A stretch of 64,000 bases of DNA from Promethearchaeota archaeon (GTDB lineage Archaea > Asgardarchaeota > Lokiarchaeia > Sigyniarchaeales > SOKP01). The translations under genes were made by a program, and so were the position numbers. The stretch spans positions 32,001 to 96,000 of the forward strand of contig JAHPZJ010000028.1 in assembly GCA_019058245.1 (NCBI GenBank), read 5' to 3'. Positions 1-10,665 of the stretch are shown here, one piece after another (the stretch's first letter is position 1; every line of letters begins with the position of its first letter). The notes under the pieces were generated by a model. The model was given only the letters and a program-made list of their open reading frames with translations. It was not told the DNA's origin and ran no database searches.

Positions 1-113
1 AAGCTTGAATAAGAAATTGACGGATGTAAATAGTATAACATTAAATATGAATAAGAATAAAAATAAAAATAACATAAATAATTAATCTCAAAAATCTATG
101 AGGAACTATAATA

Positions 114-923
114 ATGCCATTTTTTGATAATGAGGGTGTTAAAATTTATTATGAAGTTGAAGGAGAAGGCCCACCAGTGGTCCTGATTCATGGGTTTGCT
201 GCAAGTTTAGAAGGTAATTGGAAAGGAACAAATTGGGTGAAGGTTCTAAAGGATAAATATAAAGTAATACTTTTGGACTGCCGTGGACATGGCAAAAGTG
301 ATAAACCCGTGGATCCAAAGCAATATGGCGCACATATGACTGATGATATAATAAAGCTGCTTGATCATTTATCTATCAAGAAAGCTAACTTCTTTGGGTA
401 TTCTATGGGCTCAAGATTAACCATGGAACTTTTATTAAGCAATCAAGAACTCTTTATAAGTGCTATTCTTGGGGGATATGCACTTCAGTTTCCTGGAGAG
501 AAAGAAATAGCTGCTGCTGAAAAGAGAAGACGTGATTGGATTGAGGCTTTAACAGCAAAAGATGTGGATAGCCTAAAAAATCCAGAGGCTTTAAGATTTA
601 TACGTACAATTTCGTTTTATAAAGATTTCAATTTACAAAATTTAGAGGCTTTAGCTGCCGTTTTGAAGACAAGTTTTCAAATTGAGGGAGATTTAGCCAA
701 AATTAATGCTGAAAGAAAAGAAACTCTTAAAAAAGTCAATGTACCAGTTATGACTGTTGTAGGATCTGATGATTTCATTCCTGGGGATAAAACTTTAGTA
801 GCTCAAATAGTTCCAGATGCTTGTCACTTTCAAATTCAAGGAAAAGACCATATAAATGTTGTCCCTGATCCCAAATTTCATATGGTAGTAAAAGCCTTTC
901 TGGATTATGTAAACAAGAATTAG
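114..923 (+). CDS. Alpha/beta-fold hydrolase
   Basis: HGF oxyanion motif, LDCRGHGKS, nucleophile elbow GYSMG, C-terminal His (KDH); GAGGA SD upstream. Confidence 0.9.
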   Translation: MPFFDNEGVKIYYEVEGEGPPVVLIHGFAASLEGNWKGTNWVKVLKDKYKVILLDCRGHGKSDKPVDPKQYGAHMTDDIIKLLDHLSIKKANFFGYSMGSRLTMELLLSNQELFISAILGGYALQFPGEKEIAAAEKRRRDWIEALTAKDVDSLKNPEALRFIRTISFYKDFNLQNLEALAAVLKTSFQIEGDLAKINAERKETLKKVNVPVMTVVGSDDFIPGDKTLVAQIVPDACHFQIQGKDHINVVPDPKFHMVVKAFLDYVNKN

Positions 924-973
924 ATGGATAGATACCTAAATTACTAACTTTATTTTTTCTATTTTTAATTATT

Positions 974-1291
974 ATGGCAAGTTCCGAAAAATTAGAGCAT
1001 ATTATAAAAAAAGAGATTTATAAGTTACGTAATTTAGGAGAGTATAGCCGAAAAGGAAGTGATCATCTTTCTTATAGATCAATAATCAAGTTTGAATTAG
1101 GTGAGCCAAAAGAATTAATCTTCCAAGACCAAATTGTTTTTGAAGTAATTTGTAAATATAATATTTATACTGAAACGGAATTCTTGCATCCTCCAGAAAT
1201 GGACGAGTTTTATACTGAGCATTATCATGATAAATTTATTTTTGATAAGGATTTTAAAGTTATAAAAATTGAAGATATGCGTAGTGGGTAA
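974..1291 (+). CDS. Hypothetical protein
   Basis: 105-aa ORF, ATG start, coding-like composition, same strand as the upstream gene. Confidence 0.7.
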   Translation: MASSEKLEHIIKKEIYKLRNLGEYSRKGSDHLSYRSIIKFELGEPKELIFQDQIVFEVICKYNIYTETEFLHPPEMDEFYTEHYHDKFIFDKDFKVIKIEDMRSG

Positions 1292-1590
1292 TAATCTAAG
1301 TTCTTTAATCCATATCTGTTTATACTAAGTATTTTCTTAAATTAAATTATAGAATGTATATGATAAATCAATTTCAGTTTATTTTATTTTTCCTAAATTA
1401 ATTCATTGCCTATATACATAAGAAAGTTATAACATAATCAATATGAGAATGTGATTTAATATAGAATATAATTAAGTTAATAAGCTCGGAATAAAACAAA
1501 TTAGAAATATTTATATATAAATCAATCAATAGTTAACAAAAATTATTTAATTCAATAAATTTACTAAACATTGAGGAGACGAATTAAAAA

Positions 1591-1677
1591 ATGGCAAAGA
1601 AGAAAGCTCCTGCTAAAAAAAAAGCTCCAGCTAAAAAGAAAGCCCCTGCTAAAAAGAAGGCACCTGCTAAAAAATAA
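1591..1677 (+). CDS. 28-aa Lys/Ala/Pro repeat microprotein MAKKKAPAKKKAPAKKKAPAKKKAPAKK (histone H1 tail-like)
   Basis: Below the ORF-track cutoff; GAGGAG SD at 1573-1578; repeat units differ only at synonymous third positions; TTTATATA box near 1510; T-tracts downstream. Confidence 0.85.
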   Translation: MAKKKAPAKKKAPAKKKAPAKKKAPAKK

Positions 1678-1769
1678 AGTTAAAAAGCTATATTTCAATT
1701 TTTTTCTAATTTTTGTTTTTTTTAATTTGATAAAACAGTTATAATAATTCAATTTTTTAATTATTTTTA

Positions 1770-2294
1770 TTATAGTAAAAATCTCTTGTCTAATTCAGTT
1801 CCACAATTTGGGCAATATTTTTTGTTCTGATTTAATTTATCGATTTTTATATTTTTAGTCAACTCTTTTTCTAGTTTTGAATATATATCTTTTAGCATAA
1901 TATCTTCGATTGAAATTAGATTGAGTTTCCCTTTTTTATATAATTTAAGTTTTTCTTCTTTTCTATTCATATAATCTTTTCCAAAATATCCCCAATATTC
2001 TATATAAATCTCATGTTCTGGTAAATACCAATCATACTTGAGAAAATTACCATTTATTTTGATTGTTTTCTCATATTCATGTTCAAGACCAAGACGATAA
2101 AGGTGATTATCTATAATTAATTCCCCTCTTGATTTTACAATATGACCATCAAGACATTTAAAACTAGTTGCTACTTGTGGAAGATATTTCTCTCTAAATA
2201 TTTTTTTTATTTTTAAAATAAACCAAGCGATTATTATAAAACATACAAGAAAAATTACACCACCTAAAATAAAATAGGTTAAAATTAGACTCAA
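1770..2294 (-). CDS. Membrane-anchored PD-(D/E)XK-like nuclease-domain protein with C-terminal Cys (zinc-ribbon-like) motif
   Basis: N-terminal TM helix; GHIVKSRGE...EYE...YDWYLP...YIEYWG pattern; C-terminal CPNCG; GGTGA SD 6 nt before TTG. Confidence 0.65.
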   Translation of the reverse strand: MSLILTYFILGGVIFLVCFIIIAWFILKIKKIFREKYLPQVATSFKCLDGHIVKSRGELIIDNHLYRLGLEHEYEKTIKINGNFLKYDWYLPEHEIYIEYWGYFGKDYMNRKEEKLKLYKKGKLNLISIEDIMLKDIYSKLEKELTKNIKIDKLNQNKKYCPNCGTELDKRFLL

Positions 2295-2544
2295 ATTTTA
2301 TCACCCAAATATGAACTCAGACTTTTTTGATTTTAATTTAATTGAATTTAATATATTTGATCATCTATTCATTTAATGAACTTATGACCTTTTTATAATT
2401 TCTCACTGAGGTGTTATAAGTAATTTCTTTTCTAATCCAAAATAAGTAACAATTATCTATTAATATTTTAAAGTATATAAACAGAATTTTGGATTTTTTT
2501 ATAATGTACTAATTAATATGATTTAATTAAGGACATATGGATTC

Positions 2545-2994
2545 TTAATGCACATATCTTTTTGAATAATCAATCACTTGACGTTTATAATCTTCATCTA
2601 TTAGGGGGGAAGAGACTAAAAAATCTGCTGTTGCTCTATTACAAGCAATGGGAATATTCCAAACAACTGCTATTCTAAGTAGTGCTTTCACATCGGGATC
2701 ATGAGGATGAGATTCTAATGGATCCCAAAAAAAGATAAGAAAATCTATTTCTCCCTCTGTAATTTTTGCTCCAATTTGTTGGTCACCGCCAAGTGGACCA
2801 CTCAGAAAAGTAGTAACCTTCAACCCAGTTTCCTTTTTGATTAACGATCCTGTATTTCCTGTTCCAAATAGATTATGTTTGCTTAAAGTTCCCCTGTTAA
2901 ATTTTACCCATTCTAATAGATCTTGTTTTCTTTCGTCATGGGCAATTAGAGCAATATTTTTTTTCTTAATCATTAAAATTTGATTGTTTAACAA
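2545..2994 (-). CDS. mgsA: Methylglyoxal synthase
   Basis: [34 protein letters not shown] motifs; true start probably the internal Met (MIKKK). Confidence 0.95.
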   Translation of the reverse strand: MLNNQILMIKKKNIALIAHDERKQDLLEWVKFNRGTLSKHNLFGTGNTGSLIKKETGLKVTTFLSGPLGGDQQIGAKITEGEIDFLIFFWDPLESHPHDPDVKALLRIAVVWNIPIACNRATADFLVSSPLIDEDYKRQVIDYSKRYVH

Positions 2995-3219
2995 TTTACA
3001 TCTACTTTTTAATTATGGTAAATTATAAAACAATCATTCTATTTTATTTTTAACTAAATTAGGTTGTGATTATCTAATTAATTCTCAAATCTAACATAAT
3101 TTAGTTGTATTACTAATATACTACAACAATTATCTAAAAGTTGAAAGTTAAAAATATAAAGTCTATAATAGATCTAAAAATAAAAGCTTGTCAATAAAAA
3201 TCGGGGTATTTAATAAATA

Positions 3220-3609
3220 ATGATAAAATCGATATTAATTTGTGATTCTGTTGGGTATCCATTCTATTCTCGAAATTTAAATTCAAAATTTGGTCAAATT
3301 GATCCCACTATTTTTAGTGGTTTGATTTCAGCGATTGGTGCGATAGGTAAGGAATTATTCAGAGAAGATATAGCTACAATTGAATATGGCGACAATTATG
3401 AAATAACTATAATTACAAAAGAGTTGTTCGGAAATCATAATAAAGTAATTTATTTTGTCTATATATTTGAAGGGAATAAAGATCTTAAATTAATGAAGAA
3501 TTTAAGTACAAATATTTTTATTGAAACAAAACAAGTTTTAAAGGATAATAGCATTACCAAGTTGAATATTAAAGAAAAAGTAGATAGAATAATAGACAAT
3601 TTATTATAA
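3220..3609 (+). CDS. Stand-alone longin/roadblock-like domain protein
   Basis: SILICDSVGYPFYSR...IFSGLISAI pattern typical of Asgard longin-like domains. Confidence 0.6.
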   Translation: MIKSILICDSVGYPFYSRNLNSKFGQIDPTIFSGLISAIGAIGKELFREDIATIEYGDNYEITIITKELFGNHNKVIYFVYIFEGNKDLKLMKNLSTNIFIETKQVLKDNSITKLNIKEKVDRIIDNLL

Positions 3610-3799
3610 TCTATTTTAAAATTCCAATTTCTAATTTCTCATAAATATCAAGAAAATCATTTTCAATGAATCTAGGTTTTAGTATTGATTTCTGATTTCT
3701 ATTAGGGGTATAGTAATAGTATGAAAATTTGAATCTCCTCGAATTAAAAAATTCATAAGAATGCTTAGAGATTATTGAGAATATTTATAAATTCTAAAA

Positions 3800-5890
3800 A
3801 TGAATTCACTAATCATGGAATCAATAAAAAATTTTATTAAAAAATTCAATTCTGATCTTGTACTACTAACAGGCATGTTTCTATTTTTATTTCAGTTACT
3901 TGGTGATTTAATTGAATCTGTATATATGTTAGATCTCCTAAATGAAACATTAGATGAAAAAGCAGGGGGCTTATTCTTTTTGTTTACACCTCTTATCTTA
4001 TTGATCTTTAGAGAAAAGGTTCCAGATTATTTTCTTGAAGTTTTAGCTATAATTGCTACAATCTTGCGCTTAATTTCCCCATTTTTAGATTCAGCAAACA
4101 GGATTATAACTTCAGGGCTAGGTGTAGGATGTATTATGCTTTTTCTTCCCATATATTTCTCTCAGTCTATAAAAGATCAAAATTTAGAAAATAAAGAAAA
4201 AATAAGTTTAAAACTTAGTGTTGGACTAGCTTCGGCTATAATGCTTTCGATTACATTTAGAGCACTCAATGCCACAGTCGATATTTCAAGCTATAGCTAT
4301 TTTCAATTTATTGGGTGGGTTATAGCGATATTCGTTATTTTATCAATAATCTCTCGAATTTTGGAAAAAAAAACAGAGGGATCAACGAATATTTCTAATG
4401 AGGGAAAAATACTCTCTAATGAAAAAGATGAATCAAGAAAAAATATTAGATTTAAGGGTGTTAAATTATTATCTCTGGGGATTATGAGTGTTATAACTCT
4501 TAATTATTTTACTTTTATTAGCCCAACTGTTATTTCAAGATGGACAGAAGGAGATTATATAACAATTTCGATTGCTATCGCTGTGATGGTTTCTGCAACC
4601 ATACTCATTTTAACATTTAAACCAGAAATTCTTAGCAAGTTAAATTCAAGAATCCTTTGGATATGGAATGGTCTCTTTGTAGCATCTCTAGTTCTTACAA
4701 TTGCAGTTCATACTTTTCCTTTTCCCGCAAATCCTACTTCAGATCCCGTAATTATAAACCATCCATTAGGTATACAGTATTATATTCCTTTAGTTATAAT
4801 GATAGCTTTATTACCTATTGTGTTTATCGATTTTACACTTTTAAGTCGAGAACTTATTGAGCAACACCCAAGACCTTCAAAGATTGGTGCAGGTTTCGTG
4901 GTCGGTAGTCTCTTTTTTATCTTAGTAATGTTCATGCTAGTATTTACCAATATTTGGGGTTATGTGGAACCAGTGAGTCAATTATTTCGTAATTTATTTT
5001 GGTTACCTTTCTTACTAGTCGGAATAACAATTCCGATTATGGGAAAAGCTATCTTTAAGAAAAGAATGTTAGAATTCAAGTCCCTTTTCACTAATTTACG
5101 TGATAAAATAATAATAATTACATTTATTGCTGTTTTATTAGTTGGAACTACTGTGTCAATACTAGCTTGGGAATTACGTTCGAAAACACAAGATACAAGT
5201 GGGATAACTTCTCTAAGAATAATGTCATATAATATTCAACAAGGAGTAAACATTTATGGAGAGAAAAATTATGATAATCAATTAGCTCTTATAAAAGAAA
5301 TTAATCCCGATATTTTAGGATTAGTTGAATCTGATACCGCCAGAATGACACATGGTAGTTCTGATGTAGTACGTTATTTTGCTGATCACCTAAATTATTA
5401 TTCCTTTTATGGTCCTAGAACGGTCACAGGGACATATGGAGCCGCGATTCTTTCTCGCTATCCAATTATTAAAACAACAACTTTCTTTACCTATAGCGAC
5501 AAAGATGAAGTAGGAACCACGGAGGTTCAGATTAGAGTGGGCACTACAATATTTAATGTATATTTAAATCATCCCGCTGGGAGTACTGATGCTAGACAAG
5601 CCCACATGGATACATTAATGAATCGTATAAATAGTAAACCTGATGTTATTTCTATGGGAGATTTTAATCATAGAAATAATACTATTTATTATAATATGTC
5701 AGTTGCTATATTGCAGGATGTTTGGGAAAACGCTTTAACGCGAAGTGTAGTGGGGAGCAGTTTTGACCCATCTGATCGCATAGATCACATATTTGTATCT
5801 CCGAGTTTTACTGTATCAGAAACACAATATATTAGTATACCAGAATCACAATCAGATCATCCTGCAGTTTGGACGGAAATCCAATTCTAA
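3800..5890 (+). CDS. Polytopic membrane protein with C-terminal EEP (DNase I-like) domain, CWH43/PGAP2-interacting protein-like
   Basis: Many TM helices; SYNIQQG, DILGLVESD, YGP..TYGAAILSRYPI, MGDFN, RIDHIF, SDHPAV. Confidence 0.8.
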   Translation: MNSLIMESIKNFIKKFNSDLVLLTGMFLFLFQLLGDLIESVYMLDLLNETLDEKAGGLFFLFTPLILLIFREKVPDYFLEVLAIIATILRLISPFLDSANRIITSGLGVGCIMLFLPIYFSQSIKDQNLENKEKISLKLSVGLASAIMLSITFRALNATVDISSYSYFQFIGWVIAIFVILSIISRILEKKTEGSTNISNEGKILSNEKDESRKNIRFKGVKLLSLGIMSVITLNYFTFISPTVISRWTEGDYITISIAIAVMVSATILILTFKPEILSKLNSRILWIWNGLFVASLVLTIAVHTFPFPANPTSDPVIINHPLGIQYYIPLVIMIALLPIVFIDFTLLSRELIEQHPRPSKIGAGFVVGSLFFILVMFMLVFTNIWGYVEPVSQLFRNLFWLPFLLVGITIPIMGKAIFKKRMLEFKSLFTNLRDKIIIITFIAVLLVGTTVSILAWELRSKTQDTSGITSLRIMSYNIQQGVNIYGEKNYDNQLALIKEINPDILGLVESDTARMTHGSSDVVRYFADHLNYYSFYGPRTVTGTYGAAILSRYPIIKTTTFFTYSDKDEVGTTEVQIRVGTTIFNVYLNHPAGSTDARQAHMDTLMNRINSKPDVISMGDFNHRNNTIYYNMSVAILQDVWENALTRSVVGSSFDPSDRIDHIFVSPSFTVSETQYISIPESQSDHPAVWTEIQF

Positions 5891-6012
5891 TCTCACTTTT
5901 TTTTTGTACTTCTTAAACTGCAGTATCTCGGGTTTTTTAGAAAATTGATGCTATACAAGATATACTATAAAAATGGTTTAAATCTTAAGACTATTAATTA
6001 TTAAAGGAACTT

Positions 6013-6894
6013 TTATAGCCATTCAGCGTTAAGAGGTTTTCTAGCAGGTATTCTATAATAATGAGCTTTTGGGTATCCTATTGCTAATGTGTATCCAACA
6101 ATATGGTTTATTGGGAGTTCTACAATTTTTCTTATCGATCTTAAAATAGAGAAGAAAAAAGTCATATATCCTAAAGAACAAGTACCTAATCCTAATGTCT
6201 CAGCAGCTAGCATAATCTGACAAGCTGCTAAGGAACAATTTTCTTTTAATGCCAATGATGCCTCAGGGGAATGAATTATGATAATTTCTGCATCCCAATG
6301 CCATTCCTCTCTACCACGTTCTATCCTTTTTAACATCCTTTTAAAGAATGGAATGATTTCTTCGAGGCTACTTACAAATTGTGGGGGAAAGGATGTCTCC
6401 AAGGTTTTTCTTTTATGAGGATCTTCAAACGTTTCTATTATTTCTTTAATCTGATTGTTTATTTCATTAGATAACCTATTAAGTTTTTCACGATCTTGAA
6501 CAATAGTAAAATAAACATTTTCTTCATTTTTAGCTGTAGCAGAATATCTCCCTGCTACGTTTAATATTTTCTCAATTAATTCTTTTGGAACAGTTATATC
6601 TTTAAATTGTCTTCGAGACCTCCTTATTCGAAGAAGGTTAGATAAAGATTCAAAAGAAGATAAATATTCCTCGGTGGGAACATCTTTAAGAATTTCATCT
6701 TTATGAATTTTAAGCTTAATAGCATTAACTGGACAAACCGCAGCACATTTTCCACACTCAATACAAAATTCATCTGCTTCATCATTAATACTTAAAGTAT
6801 CTGAATCAAAATCATAATAATTACACTCATTTACACAAGCTTTACATTTAGTGCAAGATTTAATATCTACAATTATTTTAGAATTTTCTAACAT
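6013..6894 (-). CDS. Nitroreductase family protein with N-terminal ferredoxin domain
   Basis: CxxCxxCxxxC twice, RRSRRQF, LAAETLGLGTC. Confidence 0.9.
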   Translation of the reverse strand: MLENSKIIVDIKSCTKCKACVNECNYYDFDSDTLSINDEADEFCIECGKCAAVCPVNAIKLKIHKDEILKDVPTEEYLSSFESLSNLLRIRRSRRQFKDITVPKELIEKILNVAGRYSATAKNEENVYFTIVQDREKLNRLSNEINNQIKEIIETFEDPHKRKTLETSFPPQFVSSLEEIIPFFKRMLKRIERGREEWHWDAEIIIIHSPEASLALKENCSLAACQIMLAAETLGLGTCSLGYMTFFFSILRSIRKIVELPINHIVGYTLAIGYPKAHYYRIPARKPLNAEWL

Positions 6895-7360
6895 AGCTAA
6901 TATATATTATTTCTATATTTGATAGTTATTACATTATATGAATCTAATGTATATATATATGAAATTATAATTTAAATCAATTATTGAACTTATTATATTA
7001 AGTCTAACCATATTTCTTACTAAGTTTAATATTTGGATTATTTCCATATTTTCTTATTACTCAAGAATAATATTACCTAATATTCAACACAGTGTTCTTA
7101 TTTATTTGTTACCAATCGAATCTTTTTGGCTTTAAATCTTGATTCAATTGTTATTAGGCATTTTGATAGGTTTTTTTCTTTTAAAAGCAGCAATAAAAAT
7201 TGAAATAGAGAGATAAATCAAAAAGATTTCTATGTTTCTCTTCTCTTCAAATATTTTTTCTATATTTGAAAAGAATTAAACTTTTTTATAGTAGTTCATA
7301 GAAATTGCAATGCAATTAATATGATATATTAAAAAAAAGTAAAAAAGGAGAATATTAACA

Positions 7361-10105
7361 ATGCGAATTCAAAAGAAAAAGAATATAGTAAAGTTAGCAA
7401 CTGTTATTGTTATAACTATAATTGTTATGACAATTTTCTCAATTCCGTTGATAAGTATTATTGCACCATTAGGGGATATCCTTTTTCCTGGGAGTGGATT
7501 ATGGAATGTTCCGGGGGAGGTTCCAGAACAAGAGACGGTATATTTTCCAGGATTAGATAATGCTGTTAGAGTTTATCGCGATGAGTGGGGTATACCACAC
7601 ATTTATGCTTCTACAGAACAAGATCTTAGCTTTGCTTTAGGATATGTTCATGCACAGGATCGATTATTTCAAATGGATTTAGCACGTAGGAATGTAAGAG
7701 GAAAACTCTCTGAGGTTGTTGGAGATTTAGCATTAGAAGAAGATAAATATAATCTAGCAATGGGTATGGAATATTGGGCAGAAAAAACTCTTGAAGAATT
7801 GATTATAATGCAAGAAGCAGGACAAAATAATTATTATGATTTAATTAATAGTTATTCAGACGGAGTTAACTATTATATCAAGACACATCAAGGAGAGTAT
7901 CCAATAGAATACGCAATATTAGGATTCAAACCAACCAAATGGACCCCATTAGATACCTTATGCCTTGATAAATATATGGCTAAAATGCTTACTTGGGAGT
8001 ATGATGATTTATATAGATTAAAAACTGTGGAAGCTTTAGGAATAGCTAATTATAGCGAATTTATGGCAGATGCCACATATGGTCAAATTCCTATATGTCC
8101 TAATTATGGAAGTTTTAATGATAGTTCAGAACTCATATATGATGGTGGTCCATTACAGATAAGCTCAAACATATTACATACCATTTCTACATTTCTAACT
8201 AATATTGAGGAGATTCCTTCAGAAAAAGCATTACTAGAACTTCAAGAAAAGAATACAATTGGTTCGAATAATTGGGTTGTTGATGGAGTTAAAAGCAGCA
8301 CAGGAAAACCAATTTTATGTAATGATATGCACTTAGCATGGAACATGCCTGGAATATGGTATGAGGCACATTTAGTTGCTGAAGATACAGGTTTAAATGT
8401 CTATGGATTTACTCTTGCAGGTGCTAACGTAGTTATAGTTGGTCATAATGAGTATGTAGCATGGGGCTTCACAAATACTGGTTATGATGTTATGGATTGG
8501 TATTATTATGAAGAAACAGATGATAATCATTATATCTATAATGGTGTGGAAACTCCATATACTACTAGGACTTATGCTATAAATGTAAAAGGTCAGGGAT
8601 CTCAAACTTTTACGGTTAAAGATACAGTAAACGGTCCTGTTCTTAATGATTTTCTGAATGATGCTGTTCCTGACTCTTTAGATTCACAAAAAATTGTGTT
8701 AGCACCTAAATGGACGGCAAATAACATAACATATGAATTTATGGCATGTTATGGTTATAATTATGCAAAAAATAGGACTGAATTTGATCAAGCTTCAAGA
8801 TATTTTCACTGTCCTGCTCAGAATCATGTATATGGGGATATATATGGAACTATTGCAATGAGACCTACTGGATTGGTACCAATAAGAGATGACAGTCTAA
8901 CACCTACAGGATATTTAGGTAATGGGACATTACCATATAATGGATCGAATGGAGAAGGAGAATGGATAGGTTATGTTCCATTTGAAGAATTACCACATAC
9001 CGAGAACTCATCTCAACATTATTTAGTATCTGCAAATCAAATTGTAGTAGGTCCTGAATATAAGAAATATGCCCTTCAAAATAGTTATAATTCAGGTTAT
9101 AGAGGAAGGAGAATCAATGAATTACTCAATAATTCTGCAGATGGAACAGTTGGTATAGAAAGGATGAAAGAAATTCAATTAGATACCATATCGACACCAG
9201 CAAGAGCTTTAATTCCTTATCTTATTGAAGCAATTGAAACATTACCTTCTTCTCAAAAAACTACGATAACTATGGATGTCTTAACTCAATTGAAGAATTG
9301 GAATTATGATATGGATAAGGATTTAGCAGCTCCTACAATTTATCGGAAATGGCTTGATTTTTATGGAGATTATACTTTTGATGATGAACTTCAAGCAGTT
9401 GATGCTCCAGTAAGTCCTCCATTGAATGTATTAGAAAAGTTAACTCGGGATGAGCCAACATCTAAATGGTTTGATGATATAAACACACCTGAAATTGAAA
9501 ATAGAACCCATATAATTATTAAGGCTTTGGATTCTACAATAAGTTCTCTTTTAGATTTCTATGGTACAAATGAAGTAATTACCTGGAGATGGGGTGAAAT
9601 GCATCAGCTTTTATTTCCTCATTTACTTCCTGGATTTGATAGTTTTTCTAAAGGTCCGTATGAAGGAGATGGAGAAGCACATACAGTTAATCCCTCTGCA
9701 GTGAGTATCAGAGACGGTATAGGTTACGCTAGAGGTGGTTCATCTGAGAGGTTCATAGTAGATTTTAGTGATTTACAAAATTGTTGGAGCGTAATCCCTT
9801 CTGGACAAAGAGCTATATCAAATTCTAAACATTATTCTGATCAACTCGAGGAACTATTTTTACAAGGTAAATATCATCAACAATACTTCTATGATACTAC
9901 AGAAGATTATCCAGAAAACCATATTGAATCTCAAATTAGTTTTGTTGATAAAGAAGATCCCGAATTTATAATAATTTTAACTACATCTTTAATTGTAGGT
10001 TTTACAGTAGGTATTGCAATTGTGATTGTAGGTTATTATAAAAGAGATGTAATTCGTTCAAAATTCAGAGAGTTTAAAGAGAAAAGAGGAGGTGTCAAGA
10101 ATTAA
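7361..10105 (+). CDS. Penicillin acylase family Ntn-hydrolase, membrane anchored at both ends
   Basis: RDEWGIPHIYA, GYVHAQDRLFQMD, G|SNNW autoprocessing Ser, NDMHL; N- and C-terminal hydrophobic helices. Confidence 0.92.
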   Translation: MRIQKKKNIVKLATVIVITIIVMTIFSIPLISIIAPLGDILFPGSGLWNVPGEVPEQETVYFPGLDNAVRVYRDEWGIPHIYASTEQDLSFALGYVHAQDRLFQMDLARRNVRGKLSEVVGDLALEEDKYNLAMGMEYWAEKTLEELIIMQEAGQNNYYDLINSYSDGVNYYIKTHQGEYPIEYAILGFKPTKWTPLDTLCLDKYMAKMLTWEYDDLYRLKTVEALGIANYSEFMADATYGQIPICPNYGSFNDSSELIYDGGPLQISSNILHTISTFLTNIEEIPSEKALLELQEKNTIGSNNWVVDGVKSSTGKPILCNDMHLAWNMPGIWYEAHLVAEDTGLNVYGFTLAGANVVIVGHNEYVAWGFTNTGYDVMDWYYYEETDDNHYIYNGVETPYTTRTYAINVKGQGSQTFTVKDTVNGPVLNDFLNDAVPDSLDSQKIVLAPKWTANNITYEFMACYGYNYAKNRTEFDQASRYFHCPAQNHVYGDIYGTIAMRPTGLVPIRDDSLTPTGYLGNGTLPYNGSNGEGEWIGYVPFEELPHTENSSQHYLVSANQIVVGPEYKKYALQNSYNSGYRGRRINELLNNSADGTVGIERMKEIQLDTISTPARALIPYLIEAIETLPSSQKTTITMDVLTQLKNWNYDMDKDLAAPTIYRKWLDFYGDYTFDDELQAVDAPVSPPLNVLEKLTRDEPTSKWFDDINTPEIENRTHIIIKALDSTISSLLDFYGTNEVITWRWGEMHQLLFPHLLPGFDSFSKGPYEGDGEAHTVNPSAVSIRDGIGYARGGSSERFIVDFSDLQNCWSVIPSGQRAISNSKHYSDQLEELFLQGKYHQQYFYDTTEDYPENHIESQISFVDKEDPEFIIILTTSLIVGFTVGIAIVIVGYYKRDVIRSKFREFKEKRGGVKN

Positions 10106-10559
10106 AATAAATAAACCTAAATTAGATATCAATCCTGAAACACGAAATTTCCTCATTTCATTTATAATTACCGGCCTTCTAACATTTGCTCTAACATATC
10201 TAGAAATCTGGCAGTTAATGATAATTCCCGGTATCATAGGAGGATTATTCAACAAGACTATGAGACGAGGAATTTATTGTGGGGCTCTTGGTGTTTCATT
10301 AGTATGGATTTTCTACTTGATTTATTTAATAGCTGCAAATAATTTTTATACAAATTTGGATCAATTTGCGGGATTAATCTTTGGAGGTTTAGGCTATGGT
10401 TCAATTATCCTTATCTTGATAATACTCTTTGGCATTTTATTTGGTGCATTAGGTGGTGCAATCGGGAGTGGAATTATGCAAATAATACTACCCAAATTTG
10501 AAGAAACCTCTAATGAAAATATCAAACCTAAAAAAACAACAATTAATTCAAATCAATAA
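10092..10559 (+). CDS. Small membrane protein, coupled to the acylase gene
   Basis: Hydrophobic Gly-rich helices; overlaps the acylase stop; the called GTG lies inside the GGAGGTG SD, so the real start may be ATT at 10101. Confidence 0.75.
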   Translation: MSRIKINKPKLDINPETRNFLISFIITGLLTFALTYLEIWQLMIIPGIIGGLFNKTMRRGIYCGALGVSLVWIFYLIYLIAANNFYTNLDQFAGLIFGGLGYGSIILILIILFGILFGALGGAIGSGIMQIILPKFEETSNENIKPKKTTINSNQ

Positions 10560-10665
10560 TTTTTTTATTTTTTTTATACTTGTTTTTAACATAAAAATTT
10601 AAGAAATAATTTTATATAGAGGGATAATAAAAAAATCAAATAAGAAAAATAAGTAGTGTAAAAAA

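Noticed and set aside
1564-1752. 62-aa minus-strand ORF
   Set aside because: Antisense shadow of the KKKAPA microprotein; its Phe/Leu/Ser pattern is the reverse complement of Lys/Ala codons
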